DNA of 64,000 bases from Octopus sinensis (GCF_006345805.1 NC_043017.1:20646001-20710000); one strand, 5' to 3'. Shown: positions 13,498 through 26,920, counted from the stretch's first letter. Numbers and translations: made by a program. The notes: generated by a model from the sequence alone, not told the origin.

Positions 13498-13918
13498 TAC
13501 TCTTTACTCTTTACTCTTTTATTTGTTTCAGTCAAATGACTGTGGCCATGCTGGAGCACCGCCTTTAGTCGGGCAAATCGACCCCAGGACTTATTCTTTG
13601 TAAGCCCAGTACTTATTCTATCGGTCTATTTTGCTGAACCGCTAAGTTACGGGGATGTAAACACACCAGCATCGGTTGTCAAGCGATGTTGGGGGGACAA
13701 ACACAGACACACAAGCATATACACACACTCACACATACATATATACACATATATACGACGGGCTTCTTTCAGTTTCCGTCTACCAAATCCACTCACAAGG
13801 CTCTGGTTGGCCCGAGGCTATAGTAGAAGACACTTGCCCAAGGTACCACGCAGTGGGACTGAACCCGGAACCATGTGGTTCGTAAGCAAGCTACTTACCA
13901 CACAGCCACTCCTGCGCC
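13498..13918 (-). mobile_element. SINE A, full length (~420 bp, (AAAGAGT)n tail)
   Basis: Head, central microsatellite, 3' GGCGGTGCTCCAGCATGGCC and tail all present. Confidence 0.92.
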
Positions 13919-14176
13919 TATGTGTAGATATGTATATGTGTGTGAAGAGAAAATCCGTCTATGTATAAATACATAGATGTACAATACTGTATGTATGTAT
14001 GTATGTAAGAATGCATGTATGCATGTGTGTGTGTATGCAAGTTCATATTTGTGTATGTGTATGTATATATGTATGAAGAGTTAGAATGTGTGTGTGTGCA
14101 TAAGAGCATGTATATGTATGCAGTGTGTGTAATTGTATATGTGACATATGTATGTAGGATGTGTTCAAAAATGTAT

Positions 14177-14306
14177 GCGGCTGTGTGGTAAGAAGCTTGC
14201 TTACCAACCACATGGTTCCAGGTTCAGTCCCACTGCATGGCACCTTGGGCAAGTACCTGCTATTATAGCCTTGGGCCGACCAAAACCTTGTGAGTAGATT
14301 TGGTAT
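14177..14306 (+). mobile_element. SINE A, 5' part
   Basis: GGCTGTGTGGTAAGAAGCTTGCTTACC...CCTTGGGCAAG. Confidence 0.85.
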
Positions 14307-15061
14307 ACTGTATATGTGCAACAGTGAGTGTGTGTGTGTATGTGTAATAGATATCAGTATGTGTGAGTGTGTGTGTGTCAATGATTGTATGATTGTGAGT
14401 ACAAGAGTGTATGTGTGTGTGTGACTGAATCGCAGTGTGTATATAAAGATATATGCATGTGCATGTACATACATGTCAGTGTGATGGTTATGTGTGTGTT
14501 AGTGTATATGTATGTATGTTAGTATATATGTGTGTGTGAGTGGGTCAATGATTGCTTGTGTTTTTGAGTATGTGTGCATGTGAGTGTGTATGTTTGCATG
14601 TGTAAAGGCATCTATAAATATGTTAGCGTGTGTACGTGTGTATTAGTGTTTGTGCAAGTGTGTGCATGCCTGTGTGTGTATATATGTGTGCGTGTGTGAG
14701 TGACTGTGTGTGTTCATGCATGTGTATATATTTCATTGTTGGTGTGTATATATGTGTGTGTAAGCATGTGTATGTGTGAGAAGAAGAAGAAGAAGAAGAA
14801 GAGGAGGAGGAGGAGAATCGGAAGAGAGAGAATGCAAATTCCTGAAGTACAGTCTTGCTGTCCTAAACTGTTGTGTTGTTGTTGTTGTTCTTGAGCCGTT
14901 TCTATTTCTTTGTTTTTTTTTGAAAGAAAAGATAAAAAGAAAAAAAGAAAAAGAGAGCTAGTTCAGAAATTTGTTATTGGCGAAAGGATGTGAATGGTGG
15001 AGGTGGTGATGGTAGTGGCACCAGTGGTAGTGGCAGTGGTGGCGGTGGTAGTGGTAGCAGC

Positions 15062-15093
<32 letters not shown>

Positions 15094-15632
15094 AAGAAGT
15101 AGTAGTAGTAGAGTAGTAGTAGTAGTAGTGATGGCGAAGGAGGTGGCTGTGGCAGTGGTGGTGATGATGAGGGCAACAGTGGTAGTGGTGGTGGCGGTGG
15201 AGATGGTGAGGACTGATAGGGTTAGACGGGGCAGGGTAGCCGCAGTAGGGTGATGGGGTCTTGAGACGGGAGCATGCTGCAGGTTAACTTTGCTTAATTA
15301 GCAATTGGGGAGAGTAACTTTTGTAGTGTGTGTGTGTGTGTGTGCATGTATGATTAGCTGTCTGTGCGTGTGTGTGCATGTATGATTAGCTGTGTATGTG
15401 TGTGTGTGTGCATGTATGATTAGCTGTGTGTATGTGCATGCGTGATAGTTAGAAACAAGTATCAGAGAACAGTTGCACCCACATGTCTGTGTAAATGTAC
15501 ACACACACACATGCACAAATATATATATATATACATATATGTATACACACACACATATACAAACATATATACATATATATCATATATATCATTTATATTA
15601 TATAATATGAAATATAAATTATATATATACAT

Positions 15633-15695
15633 ATCCAACCCATGCTAGCATGGAAAGCGGATGTTAAACGATGATGATGGTTATGATGATGATGA
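15633..15695 (+). mobile_element. Family D 3' tail fragment
   Basis: CCAACCCATGCTAGCATGGAAAGCGGATGTTAAACGATGATG; another such tail at about 19455-19500. Confidence 0.75.
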
Positions 15696-16093
15696 CATAT
15701 ATATATATATATATTACACACGTATATAAACATATACATACACACACAAATACATATATATATGTATGCATTCTTTTGTACTGTTAAGTGACACAATGTA
15801 TGAAACTATCAGCCCTTGAGTCACTCTGTAGCTTCAGCTGATATTTAATAGAATATATATTCCGCTCTTGTGTTCTATTTTCCTGCACCACCAAATCTGT
15901 ATTTATATATATATATATTATGTGTGTGTGTGTGTGTGTGTATGCATACACACACACATATATGTATATATATATATTTATAGATATATGAATATACATA
16001 TATATATATATATATATTTACATATATATATATATGTATATATATTTATATGTATATACATATATATATATACATATGAATATATATATTTTC

Positions 16094-16172
<79 letters not shown>

Positions 16173-16339
16173 TATATGAATATCTACCTATATACAGTAC
16201 ATGCATGTGTACAAATAATTGTACTTATATATATATCATATGAAGTATGTCACAAGATCAGACACACATGCATGCACAAATATGCATGCTCAAATATGCA
16301 TACAAGCAAACATTACACTGGCATACATGTGTAAATACA

Positions 16340-16382
<43 letters not shown>

Positions 16383-16781
16383 GTATATATTGAGGTATGT
16401 TAATATGACTCCCTCCACCCACATCTCTCTCTCTCCCTCTAGCTCTGTAAGGGTGGTTAGGACACAGCCAAACTGCACGTACAATTATAGAATTTGGGTA
16501 AATGCATGCGTATATGCATGTACATCTCGATGCGATGCATGTGGAGACGTGTAAGTGCATGCATGCATACACATACGTCTATTGTATAGAGAGATAGATA
16601 TTTTAATAGGCAGAAAACTTACCAAACCAAAAGTGACTCAAAGGCTGAGAATTTGGTACAATGCATTTATTGAAACTATTGGCCCTTGAATCACTTTTTC
16701 CCTTTATACACATACACACACATAGACATATGACACACGCACAAACACACACACACACACATATGTATATATAATATATAT

Positions 16782-16868
<87 letters not shown>

Positions 16869-16929
16869 TATACATATATATATATTATATATATATATAT
16901 ATATATATTTATAATTTATATATATATAT

Positions 16930-16973
<44 letters not shown>

Positions 16974-16990
16974 TGTTATATATATATATA

Positions 16991-17194
16991 TAATTAAAAT
17001 AAGGTAGAAATTGATATTAATCAATTAAAACCAGTGGCCTAGCATATTAAAAAAATCCGAAAATTAAAATATTTTTACATACAATATTTAAAGGACTGAC
17101 CACTAAAAGTGGATGGTCAATATGCTAGATATAGACGTCAAAATTGCTATTTTCCACGAAGAATGTGTTCTCGGTCAGTCCTTTAAATTTTGTA
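16991..17194 (+). mobile_element. Family E repeat ending in an inverted 22-nt self-copy
   Basis: Reverse-complement match to 53885-54080; 17173-17194 is the inverse of 17080-17101 (21/22). Confidence 0.8.
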
Positions 17195-17201
17195 TATATA
17201 T

Positions 17202-17278
<77 letters not shown>

Positions 17279-17367
17279 AACACACACACACACACGCACA
17301 CACAAACAGTCTACATTCAAACACATAAGAGGTATCAATCATAAGATACCTGGTACACTTTACGTTC

Positions 17368-17520
17368 TGAGTTCAAATGCCGCTGAGGTTGACTTCGCCT
17401 TCTATCCTTTCAGGGGTTGATGAATTAAGTACCAGTGAAACACTGGGTGATGTCATTGGCCAGTCACCTCCACACAAATTTCAAGCCTTGTGACTTTAGT
17501 AGAAAGGAGTATCATTATTA
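17368..17520 (+). mobile_element. SINE B', 5'-truncated
   Basis: B core and B' tail GTAGAAAGGAGTATCATTATT. Confidence 0.75.
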
Positions 17521-17558
17521 TTCGTATTATCAATAATAATAATAATAATATCAGATAT

Positions 17559-18058
17559 GTGAAGGCATGGGACATAGTGGTTAGGGTATTCGCCTAATGA
17601 TCCTAAGGTTGTGTGTTCGATTCCTTGTGGCACGTTGTGCCCTTGAGCAAGACTTTTATTTCATATTGCTCCAGTCCACCCTGTTGGCAAAAATGAGTAG
17701 TACCTGTATTTCAAAGGCCCAGCCTTGTCACACTCTGAGTTACTCTGAAATTCCCTCAGAACTACATTAAGAGTATACATGTCTGTGGAGCTGGCAGAAA
17801 CGTCAGTACGCCGGGCGAAACGCTTAGCGGTATTTGGTCTGCGGCTACGATCTGAGTTCAAATTCTGCCGAGGTCGACTTTGCTTTTCATCCTTTCGGAG
17901 TCGATAAATTAAGTACCAGTCACGCACTGCGGTCAATGTAATCAACTAGGTATACATGTCTGTGGAGTGCTCAGCCACTTGCATGTTAACTTCACAAGTA
18001 AACTATTCCTTTGCTTGTCAGATTAACTAAAACCCTTGGCACCGTAACCAACAGAATG
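17559..18058 (+). mobile_element. SINE C (tRNA head, CORE-like body, conserved 3' domain), interrupted by SINE B
   Basis: Colinear with the intact copy at 48452-48775 once 17791-17967 is removed. Confidence 0.85.
17788..17949 (+). mobile_element. SINE B nested in SINE C, tail-less, 18-bp TSD
   Basis: GTATACATGTCTGTGGAG at 17773-17790 and 17950-17967. Confidence 0.9.
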
Positions 18059-18297
18059 ATAGTGAAGACTATAAAGTCATAAATAGAAGAAAAAGTTTGA
18101 TGAAATTTTATTTAACTATAAATCAGATTTCATCCAACTGTTTCTGCCATTTCTGACTTTATACACTCCTTATCCTTTTCTCTTCTATATTACTATATAT
18201 ATTTTATGGTTTGTACAATGATACATTTAAAAGAAAAATACTAATAGATTACTTCAATCCATGCATTGGGACATAAATTTATACATACAAACATACA

Positions 18298-18328
<31 letters not shown>

Positions 18329-18813
18329 ATATATATATATATACATCATATATACATACATATATATATACATACATACATCATATATATATATATATAC
18401 ATCATCTATATACATCATATATGTATATATATATATACATATATATATATATTTATACATACATATATATACATATATATATATACATATATATACTTAC
18501 ATCATATATATATACACACATATACATATATATTTATATGCACATATACATATATATTTATATGCACATATATATATATATATATATACATACACACACG
18601 TCTATATATACAAAGACACACACACACACATAAATGTTTGACTTTCTGGGATTCATAGATAGAGGAAGGTTATGCAAGAATGGAAAAGTCGGAACGGAAC
18701 ATAAAGGAATGACTTCCAAGAATATTTGCAAATATTAATTTGAATTCTCCGTGGCTGTATGTGGGGGGAAGCAGGGGGAAAAGACTGAGAGAGGGTGTGA
18801 GGAGAAAGCGAGA

Positions 18814-18865
<52 letters not shown>

Positions 18866-19067
18866 TGTGTGTGTGGAGAAGGGTGACAGAGACACGAGTG
18901 GGGGTAGGAGTAGGGTGGGTGGGTGGGTGGGGCAGACAGTCAGACAGATAATGACTGACAGTCACGGAGATTGACAAGCAGAAACTGATATTGAAATGGT
19001 CTCACTGATGTTATTAGAGCACTCAAACAGCAACATATTTCTGGCTGTACACACACACACATGCATG

Positions 19068-19098
<31 letters not shown>

Positions 19099-19331
19099 GC
19101 ACACACACACACACATGTAACAGACACACATACATACACACACACATACACATAACAGACATACATACACACATTGCGTCTATGTGTATATATGTATATA
19201 TGTGTGTGTGTGCGTATGTGTACATATATATATGTGTATATATATATATATTTATGTCTATACACATGTATGAAGACATGTTTGTGTATGTGTGTGAGTG
19301 TGTGTATATATATGTATATATGTAATTCTGC

Positions 19332-19381
<50 letters not shown>

Positions 19382-20309
19382 TACATATACATATATGTAT
19401 ATGTGTGTGAGGATGTATGTGTCTGTGTAAATATCTTTCTGTCATTTATGACTTTCACCCATGCTAGCATGGAACACAGACGTTAAATGATGATGATGAT
19501 ATATGATGATGATGATGATGATATATATATAGATAGAAGATAGATAGATAGATAGATAGATAGATTGATAGGTAGAGAGACAGATAGATATAGATAGATA
19601 CATAGATACATGCATACATATATACATAGATGTGTGTGTGGTGTGTGTGTGTGTGTGTGTACAAAAATAAAACAAAACAAAAAAAGCTACATTTTACATC
19701 TCGTTTAGCGAGGTAATTGTCCAATTAACATTGGTGCCTCCAGAAAGAATATGGCAAGGAGTTGAAGAGAGAATGTTGAGAGATGTATGTCTTTATCAAA
19801 GAATGTGTGCCTCCGACTCTGTCTATGCATATGCATGTGTATGTGTGGTGTGTGTGTGTGTGGTGTGTGTGTGTGTGGTGTGTGTGGAGTGAGAGAGGAA
19901 ATAATGCCATCTCTTTTAGTAAGTTTGAATAAACATAGCTTTATAGTTTCCTCCTTTATGTTTGTTCTGTTATTTCTTGACCTCTCGAAGAGAAGAGGTA
20001 AAGGTTGAGTGTACGGCACCGGGTTTTTCACTTACCGATCTGATTCCCTCTCAGACATTGACCCCACTTCAATTGGTACCATTAGGTAGAATTCTCCTAA
20101 TCTCCCATGCCAATATTCATTTGCAGGCAGACAGAAAGACAGACAGACAGATCGACATCTTCAAATGTCCACCTTCCATGCCACCATGGGTTGGACCACA
20201 TATATGTAAATGTAAGTATGTATATACACATGTGTATTTGTGTGTATATATGTATGGTGTGTGTTTATATATATATATGTTTATATATATGTGTTTATAT
20301 ATTATAAGT

Positions 20310-20364
<55 letters not shown>

Positions 20365-20365
20365 A

Positions 20366-20700
20366 GGCGTAGGAGTAGCTGTGTGGTAAGTAGCTTGCTT
20401 ACCAACCACATGGTTCCGGGTTCAGTCCCATTGTGTGGCACCTTGGCCAAGTGTCTTCTACTATAGCCTCGCACCGATCAAAGCCTTATGAGTGGATTTC
20501 GTAGATGGAAACTGAAAGAAGCCTGTCATACATCCATACATTTACATATATATGTCTTTGTGTTATTGTGTTTGTCCCCCATCACTGGTCAATATATATG
20601 TGTCGGTGTGTTTACATCCCCATAACTTTGTGGTTCAGCAAAAGAGACTGATGGACTTTGTACAAGGCTTAACAAAAATATGTCCTGGAGTCAATTTGTT
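20366..20700 (+). mobile_element. SINE A, near full length
   Basis: Head and body match. Confidence 0.85.
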
Positions 20701-20983
20701 TCCATTTCCTTGTCCTCATATCACTTGTTAATTGTAAACAAACCTCACTGTCCTACATGCAGTGTCATGCATTTGTTTATTGAAAGTGCAAGAATGCTCA
20801 TGTGGTTTAGAAGTTCATTTTGTAATCACATGCTCGTAAGTTCAATCCCAATGTGCCGCTCTTTGAACAAGTGTCTTCCACTTAACACATCAGGCTCTTG
20901 AAAGCATTTGTGAATGAATTATGGTAGTTAGTAATTGAAAAAAAAAACTGTTGTCTATTCCCCCACACATATACATATATATA

Positions 20984-21149
20984 TACGACGGGCTTCTTTC
21001 AGTTTCCATCTACCAAATCCACTCATAAGGCTTAGGTCGGCCCGAGGCTATAGTAGAAGACACTTGCCCAAGGTGCCATGCAGTAGGACTGAACCTGGAA
21101 CCATGTGGTTGATAAGCAAGCTACTTACCACACAGCTACTCTTATGCCT
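20984..21149 (-). mobile_element. SINE A, 5' half
   Basis: Head match. Confidence 0.88.
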
Positions 21150-21980
21150 ATGTATATAATATATATGTGTGTGTGTGTGTGTGTGTGTTTGTATGTGCTG
21201 AAGTTTATTTATCACTTTTGTTTCTCAGAAATCCATACAAACAATGGCATTGTTGTCATTTTCCCTAAGAGACACCTTACCTGGAAAACAGGTAAGGGTT
21301 AGCAACAGGAAGAGCATCCAGCTTCAAGCAATTCCTCAATAGCAGCTTTTCCTCTAACCCATGCTTAGCATGGAAGAACAGACGTAAAACAAACCATTAC
21401 AAGTAGATGAAATGGAAGATACGTTCTTTATTTGTAATTATCTTTTAAATCCCTAATACTAATCCCATTATTGATTATCTAATGAGCAGCTGTTGAAACA
21501 AGTTACACAAACTTTAAGAAGATCTTCAATGATAGTCTTGTGTTTTTGCAAAACTCGAAATATATTTTAACCAAAACTGACTATTTACAGCAGAATAGCT
21601 AAGTTGAGAACCTGAACCAAACAAAAGGATATTGTTTTGCTTATTTTTGAGGGATTTTCTTAACCAAAAGATAATCCGATTCTACCTCCCGTGCTATGAT
21701 ATATGATACTGTTTTAGTTACCATAATTGCCAATCAGGTCTTGGTGCCGGGTTTCAAGACATGTCCATATCCATTTCTACAGAGTGGAACTTAAAACCAT
21801 GTTTTTGCAGTAGTTTTTACAACACTGTCAGTCATCAGGCTACAGTCTCAGAATTAATTGTTAGTCAACATATGTGTGCGTGTGTGTGTGTGTATGTATA
21901 TGTGTGTATACGTGTGTGTGTGCGTATGTATACGTGCGTATGGATGTGTGTGTGTATTTTATCATTTTGTATTGGTTAAA

Positions 21981-22348
21981 GTGACAAAGTGGCCACATGG
22001 ATATGACGTTTGCTTCCCAACTACTTGGTTCTGGGTTCAGTCCCACTGCATGGCACCTTGGGTAAGTGTCTTCTACTATAGTCATTTGCTGACCAACTGT
22101 GATGGAAATTGTGGGGAAGCCCATTATGTATGTGTGTGTCTTTGTGTCTGTGTCTGTTCCTCCATCATCACTTGACAACCGGTGTTGGTGTATTTATGTC
22201 CCTGTAACTTGTCAGTTCGGCAAAAAAGAACAATAGAATAAGTACTAGGCTTTAAAAAAGTAAGCACTGGGGTCGATTTGTTCAACTAAAGGTAGTGCTC
22301 CGGCATGGCCGCAGTCAAATGACAGAGACAAGTGAAAGAATCAAAAAA
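21981..22348 (+). mobile_element. SINE A, older full copy
   Basis: Head, body and 3' end match. Confidence 0.82.
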
Positions 22349-22360
22349 GGTACATCTGAT

Positions 22361-22420
<60 letters not shown>

Positions 22421-22422
<2 letters not shown>

Positions 22423-22825
22423 CTCTTTACTCTCTTTTTACTCGTTTACTTGTTTCAGTCATTTGACTGCGGCCATGCTGGAGCACCGCCTTTAATTGAG
22501 CAACTCGACCCCAGGACTTAATCTTTTGTAAGCCCAGTACTTATTCTATCGGTCTCTTTTGCCGAACCGCTAAGTGACGGGGACATAAACACACCAGCAT
22601 CAGTTGTCAAGCAATACTGGGGAGACAAACACAGACACACAAACACACACAAGTGTATATATATATACGACGGGCTTCTTTCAGTTTCCGTCTACCAAAT
22701 CCACTCACAGGCTTTGGTCAGCCCGAGGCTATAGTAGAAGACACTTGCCCAAGGTACCACGCAGTGAGACTGAACCCAGAACCATGTGGTTGGTAAACAA
22801 GCTACTTACCACACAGCCACTCCTA
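22421..22825 (-). mobile_element. SINE A, full length, young
   Basis: Near identical to 13498, 41432 and 54491. Confidence 0.92.
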
Positions 22826-23619
22826 TATAGATAGATAGATAGATAGATACAGGCTGGGAGAGGAGAAAGGGAGAGACAAAGATAGAGAAGAGAGAAAAGC
22901 AGAGAAACATTTAATTGTTTGATGTCAAGTAAGCTGGTGTCGAGTCAGCCATGTCAAAGAGGTGGCACCCAAAAGCTGTGCCAAAACGTCTCCAACACCC
23001 ATCAAAACACAAATAAATAAATAAATGAAAATGGTAAGAGTAATATCATTATAGGGGCGGTGGGTGCGTGGGGGAGGGGTGTGAGCTTATAATTTGGCTG
23101 CTATTTTTAGCAAATCAGACGACCACATAGAAGCACCTTTGCTGGCTTGGAGAGGGGCGTCATGTCTTGTTAGCATTTCAAAGCAGGATTATTTATAAGA
23201 CCGACAATCCATCCTCGCCCACCCCCACACCGACAGTAAACAGTAGAAGAATAAAACATTATAATGAGAGAGATTTGAAGGATGAGGACACCAAGACATA
23301 CAAGAATCTTGTCATATAAGTTAGCTCATTAGTAAACTTTCCTTCCTTTTCCTCCTCCTCCTCAGCTCCGGCGTGGGGGTGAGGGGGGATTTCCTTATTG
23401 CCTTTCTCTCTTTCTTCTCCTTTTTCACTCCACCTCTTCTACACATAAATAACTTTTACCTCCATTCTTCATCACCTGGGCTTTTTTTTTTTGTTTACTT
23501 GTTTATTGTTTCTTATTTGTTTTTTTTGTTTTTTTTTTATTCATGTGTGTCTGTGTATGATATTTTTTTTATTGTGTATGTTCTTTTTATTGTATTTCTT
23601 TCCTTACACTTCCTTATTC

Positions 23620-23666
<47 letters not shown>

Positions 23667-23718
23667 CAGAGAGAAAGAGAGACAGAGAGACAGAGAGACA
23701 GAGAGAGAGACAGAGAAA

Positions 23719-23753
<35 letters not shown>

Positions 23754-23991
23754 GAAAAACCAACAACAGATATTCCAGCCCCTCCCCCCCCCCGCCCAGC
23801 CAACATAAAAAGAACTTAAATGAAAGATGACACATGCCACATAAAATATAAGTAATACACTTTAAAGCCTTCATATACAAAAAAAAACAACAACCAACAA
23901 CAAACAACGAAAAAGAAAACTGTCTTGTAATTCTAGCAACAGTAAGAATATCCAGGGGTGGTGGTGGTTGGGGGGGGCCGAGGTAGTGGAC

Positions 23992-24022
<31 letters not shown>

Positions 24023-24290
24023 GTCCATTGAAGATGTAGTCAAAACATTGAACATATCCTGTTATTTATCTACCCCCTAAATTACTTAGGAGACAGGGGC
24101 AGTGTGTGTGGTGTTTGTGTGATATAGGGCGTTGTAAGAGGTCTGACAAGCTCCTTTGAAAGTGTCTCGACAGTAGTGTTGATGGTGTTTGGTGTTGGTT
24201 TTCAAGTGAAACACCCATTATTATTGCTGACCAGACCTCATAAAAATCTTCCTCTTTACAAAATCCTACAGATATATCGTTATATATCAT

Positions 24291-24676
24291 GGAACTCTGG
24301 TCAGTTACAAGGACGAGGTTTCCAGTTGATCCGATCAACAGGAACAGCCTGCTCATGAAATTAACATGCAAGTAGCTGAGCACTCCACAGGCATGTGTCC
24401 CCTTAACGTAGTTCTCGGGGGAGATTCAGTGTGACACAGAGTGTGACAAGGCTGACCCCTTTGAAATACAGGTACAACAGAAACAGGAAGAAACAGTGAG
24501 AGAAAAGTTATGTTGAAAGAGTAGAGCTGGGTTCGTCCCCCCCCCTGCCAGAGCCTCGTGGAGCTTTAGGCATTTTCACTCAATAAACAACAATCACAAT
24601 GCTCAGTCTGGGAATTGAAACCGCAATCCTATGACCGCAAGTCTGCTGCCCTAACCACTGGGCCATTACACCTCCA
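24291..24676 (-). mobile_element. SINE with R-type (tRNA-Arg-like) head and C-type 3' domain
   Basis: 5' half matches 37473-37660; 3' half matches the 3' half of 48452-48775. Confidence 0.85.
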
Positions 24677-24719
24677 CTACCATCATATATATATAACATG
24701 TTAGATATATACAAAAGCT

Positions 24720-25190
24720 GTGAGCTGGCAGAATTGTTAGCATGCTGGGAAAAATGCTTAGTGGTATTTACTCTGCCACTACGTTCTGAGTTCAAATTCT
24801 GCCAGAGTTGACTTTGCCTTTCATCCTTTCATGGTCGTTTAAATAAGAACCAGTTACGCACAGGGGTCAACATCATCATCATCATTGTTCAACCGTGGTC
24901 GAGACAATAGAATTTACCATGCTACGCCAAACTTCACGGTCCATCATGGCATTGCTGAGGTCCTGTTGCTGGATGCCTGTATCCCTGGAGATTACATCAG
25001 GGTAGGAGAGTGTGCGCCCTCTGGTATTGCGAGTAGATGACGTCCAGAGGAGAAGAGTAGAAATTACCTCTTTTTCAGCTCTACAACAATGTCCAGCAAA
25101 CTGGACTCTCCTACCGTTCACAAGAAAAGATTGTTAGGGTCAACATAATCAACCTAGTCCCTTCCCCAAAATTTGAGGCCTTGTGCACCC
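24720..25190 (+). mobile_element. SINE B' interrupted by an RTE insertion
   Basis: B sequence stops at 24873 and resumes at 25137. Confidence 0.8.
24874..25126 (-). mobile_element. RTE 3' fragment, same family as 1367-1752, 10-bp TSD
   Basis: ORF GRRVQFAGHCCRAEKEVISTLLLW...; GGGTCAACAT at 24864-24873 and 25137-25146. Confidence 0.88.
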
Positions 25191-25209
25191 AATACAAAGG
25201 ATATACATA

Positions 25210-25423
25210 CAAAGGGTGTACTGAAAAGTTCCTGGCTTTTGGTAAAAGAAAATACAGGAGGATCAATTTTGATTTTATTCAACATATTCCCCTCTCGGAT
25301 TCACACACTCACTGCAGCGGTCCTTCAGTTTTCCAAAGCTCTGTAAAAGAACTTGAATGGTTGGCCCTCCAATGAGGCCTTTTGTAATATCCTTATTACC
25401 AGGAACTTTTCAGCACCTGCTCG
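25210..25423. mobile_element. Mariner-type MITE (~214 bp)
   Basis: TIRs CAAAGGGTGTACTGAAAAGTTCCTGG and ACCAGGAACTTTTCAGCACCTGCTCG; TA at the left end; mariner-like subterminal TTTTATTCAACATATTCCCCTCTC. Confidence 0.75.
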
Positions 25424-25444
25424 TGTGTATGTGTGTGTGTGGGG

Positions 25445-25608
25445 GGGCACAGGCATGGCTGTGTGGTAAGAAGCTTGCTTCCCAACCACACAGTTCCAGG
25501 TTCATTCCCACTGTATGGTATTTTGGGCAAGTGTCTTCTGCTATAGCCTCAGGCCGACCAAAAAGTTGTGAATGGATTTGGTAGGCAGAAACTAAAAGGA
25601 GCCTACTG

Positions 25609-25653
<45 letters not shown>

Positions 25654-25838
25654 ATGTATATGTATATACATATATTTATGTTTGTGTGTGTTTATGCACC
25701 CATAACTTAGCAGTTTAGCAAAAAGAGACCGATGAATAAGTACTAGGTTTGTAAAGAATAAGTCCTGGGATTGATTTATTTGACTAAAGGCGGTGCTCCA
25801 GCATGGCTGGAGTCAAATAAACTGAAACAGGTGGAAGA
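25445..25838 (+). mobile_element. SINE A, full length
   Basis: Head, expanded TA centre and 3' end. Confidence 0.85.
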
Positions 25839-26920
25839 ATATATATATATATATAATGTATATATAATATATATGTATATATATATATGTATGTATATAT
25901 ATATGTATATATATATATAATGTATATATATGTATATATATATAATGTATATATATATATGTATATATGTATATTATAATATATATATATATATAATATA
26001 TATGTATATATACGATAAGTATATTTTTTCTCTAGCATTGATACGACTCTTATCTGTCTCTTTCTCTCTCTCCTCCTACTTATTCCCCTTCCTTTCTTTC
26101 CCTCTCCATCCGTCTTCCCCCCCCTTCTACGTTCTCTATCTCTCTCACCTCCAGCCCCCTCGATCTGTCTCTTCTTCTCCTCCCTCGTCCACCTCTCTCT
26201 CTTTTCATCTGTCCCTTTCTCCTGTCTTTTGTTCTCACGTGACCGCTAGCCGCTGTTGAGCGCTCTTTTCGTTTCAGCAGTCGCAGAAGCAACACGTATT
26301 TGTTCGTCTCTCTGCGGCCATTAGGCACAACTTCACAAGCCAGCCCCATACTCACTCGTCCTGTCGAAAGACCCTTGTCCTACGTCCTGGTTTTGTTTGT
26401 TGTTTATTTTTTTTATTTTACCGTTATTGTTTTTACGTTTTTGTTTTATTGGTGTCACGTATTCTGTATTTTGGTCGTGTACTTCGTTCGTTTTCCGTCC
26501 TCGTGTTGTATACATTCGAAGCTTTCTTCCAGGGGATCTAATGCGCTTGGCTTAGATTTCCCTTGGCGGGCTGGCCATATCGGAGCAATCTCAAGATTAA
26601 TCAGCCGAAATTGCTAAGATGATCTGGTTCTTGACTGATGACTGAGGGCTTCGAATGTCCCGTCCTGTGGTTCTTGTGTCGTCTCTGTGGTGTTTCATGT
26701 TCTTGTCCATGTCTGTAATTATTTTTACTGTTTACCTATATATATATATATGTATATATATGTATGTATATATATATGTATATATAAGAAAATAGTAAAG
26801 AGTGAAAAAACGACAGAAGGCTTAAATGTTAAAATATATATATATTTGTGTCAAAATGTCTGGAGAATATTGGAAAAATTTTTTTCCTTTCCTTAAAATG
26901 ACATAATTTTATAATTTTTA

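Noticed and set aside
16632-16695. Hammerhead reading of the mini hairpin (CTGAGAA...GAAAC)
   Set aside because: No 3:8 pair, no stem II and no NUH triplet in either copy.
21240-21330. HDV-like ribozyme in a family D variant (9-bp hairpin CCTTACCTG/CAGGTAAGG)
   Set aside because: I could not build the P1/P2/P3/P1.1 double pseudoknot by eye; it needs a descriptor search on the consensus.
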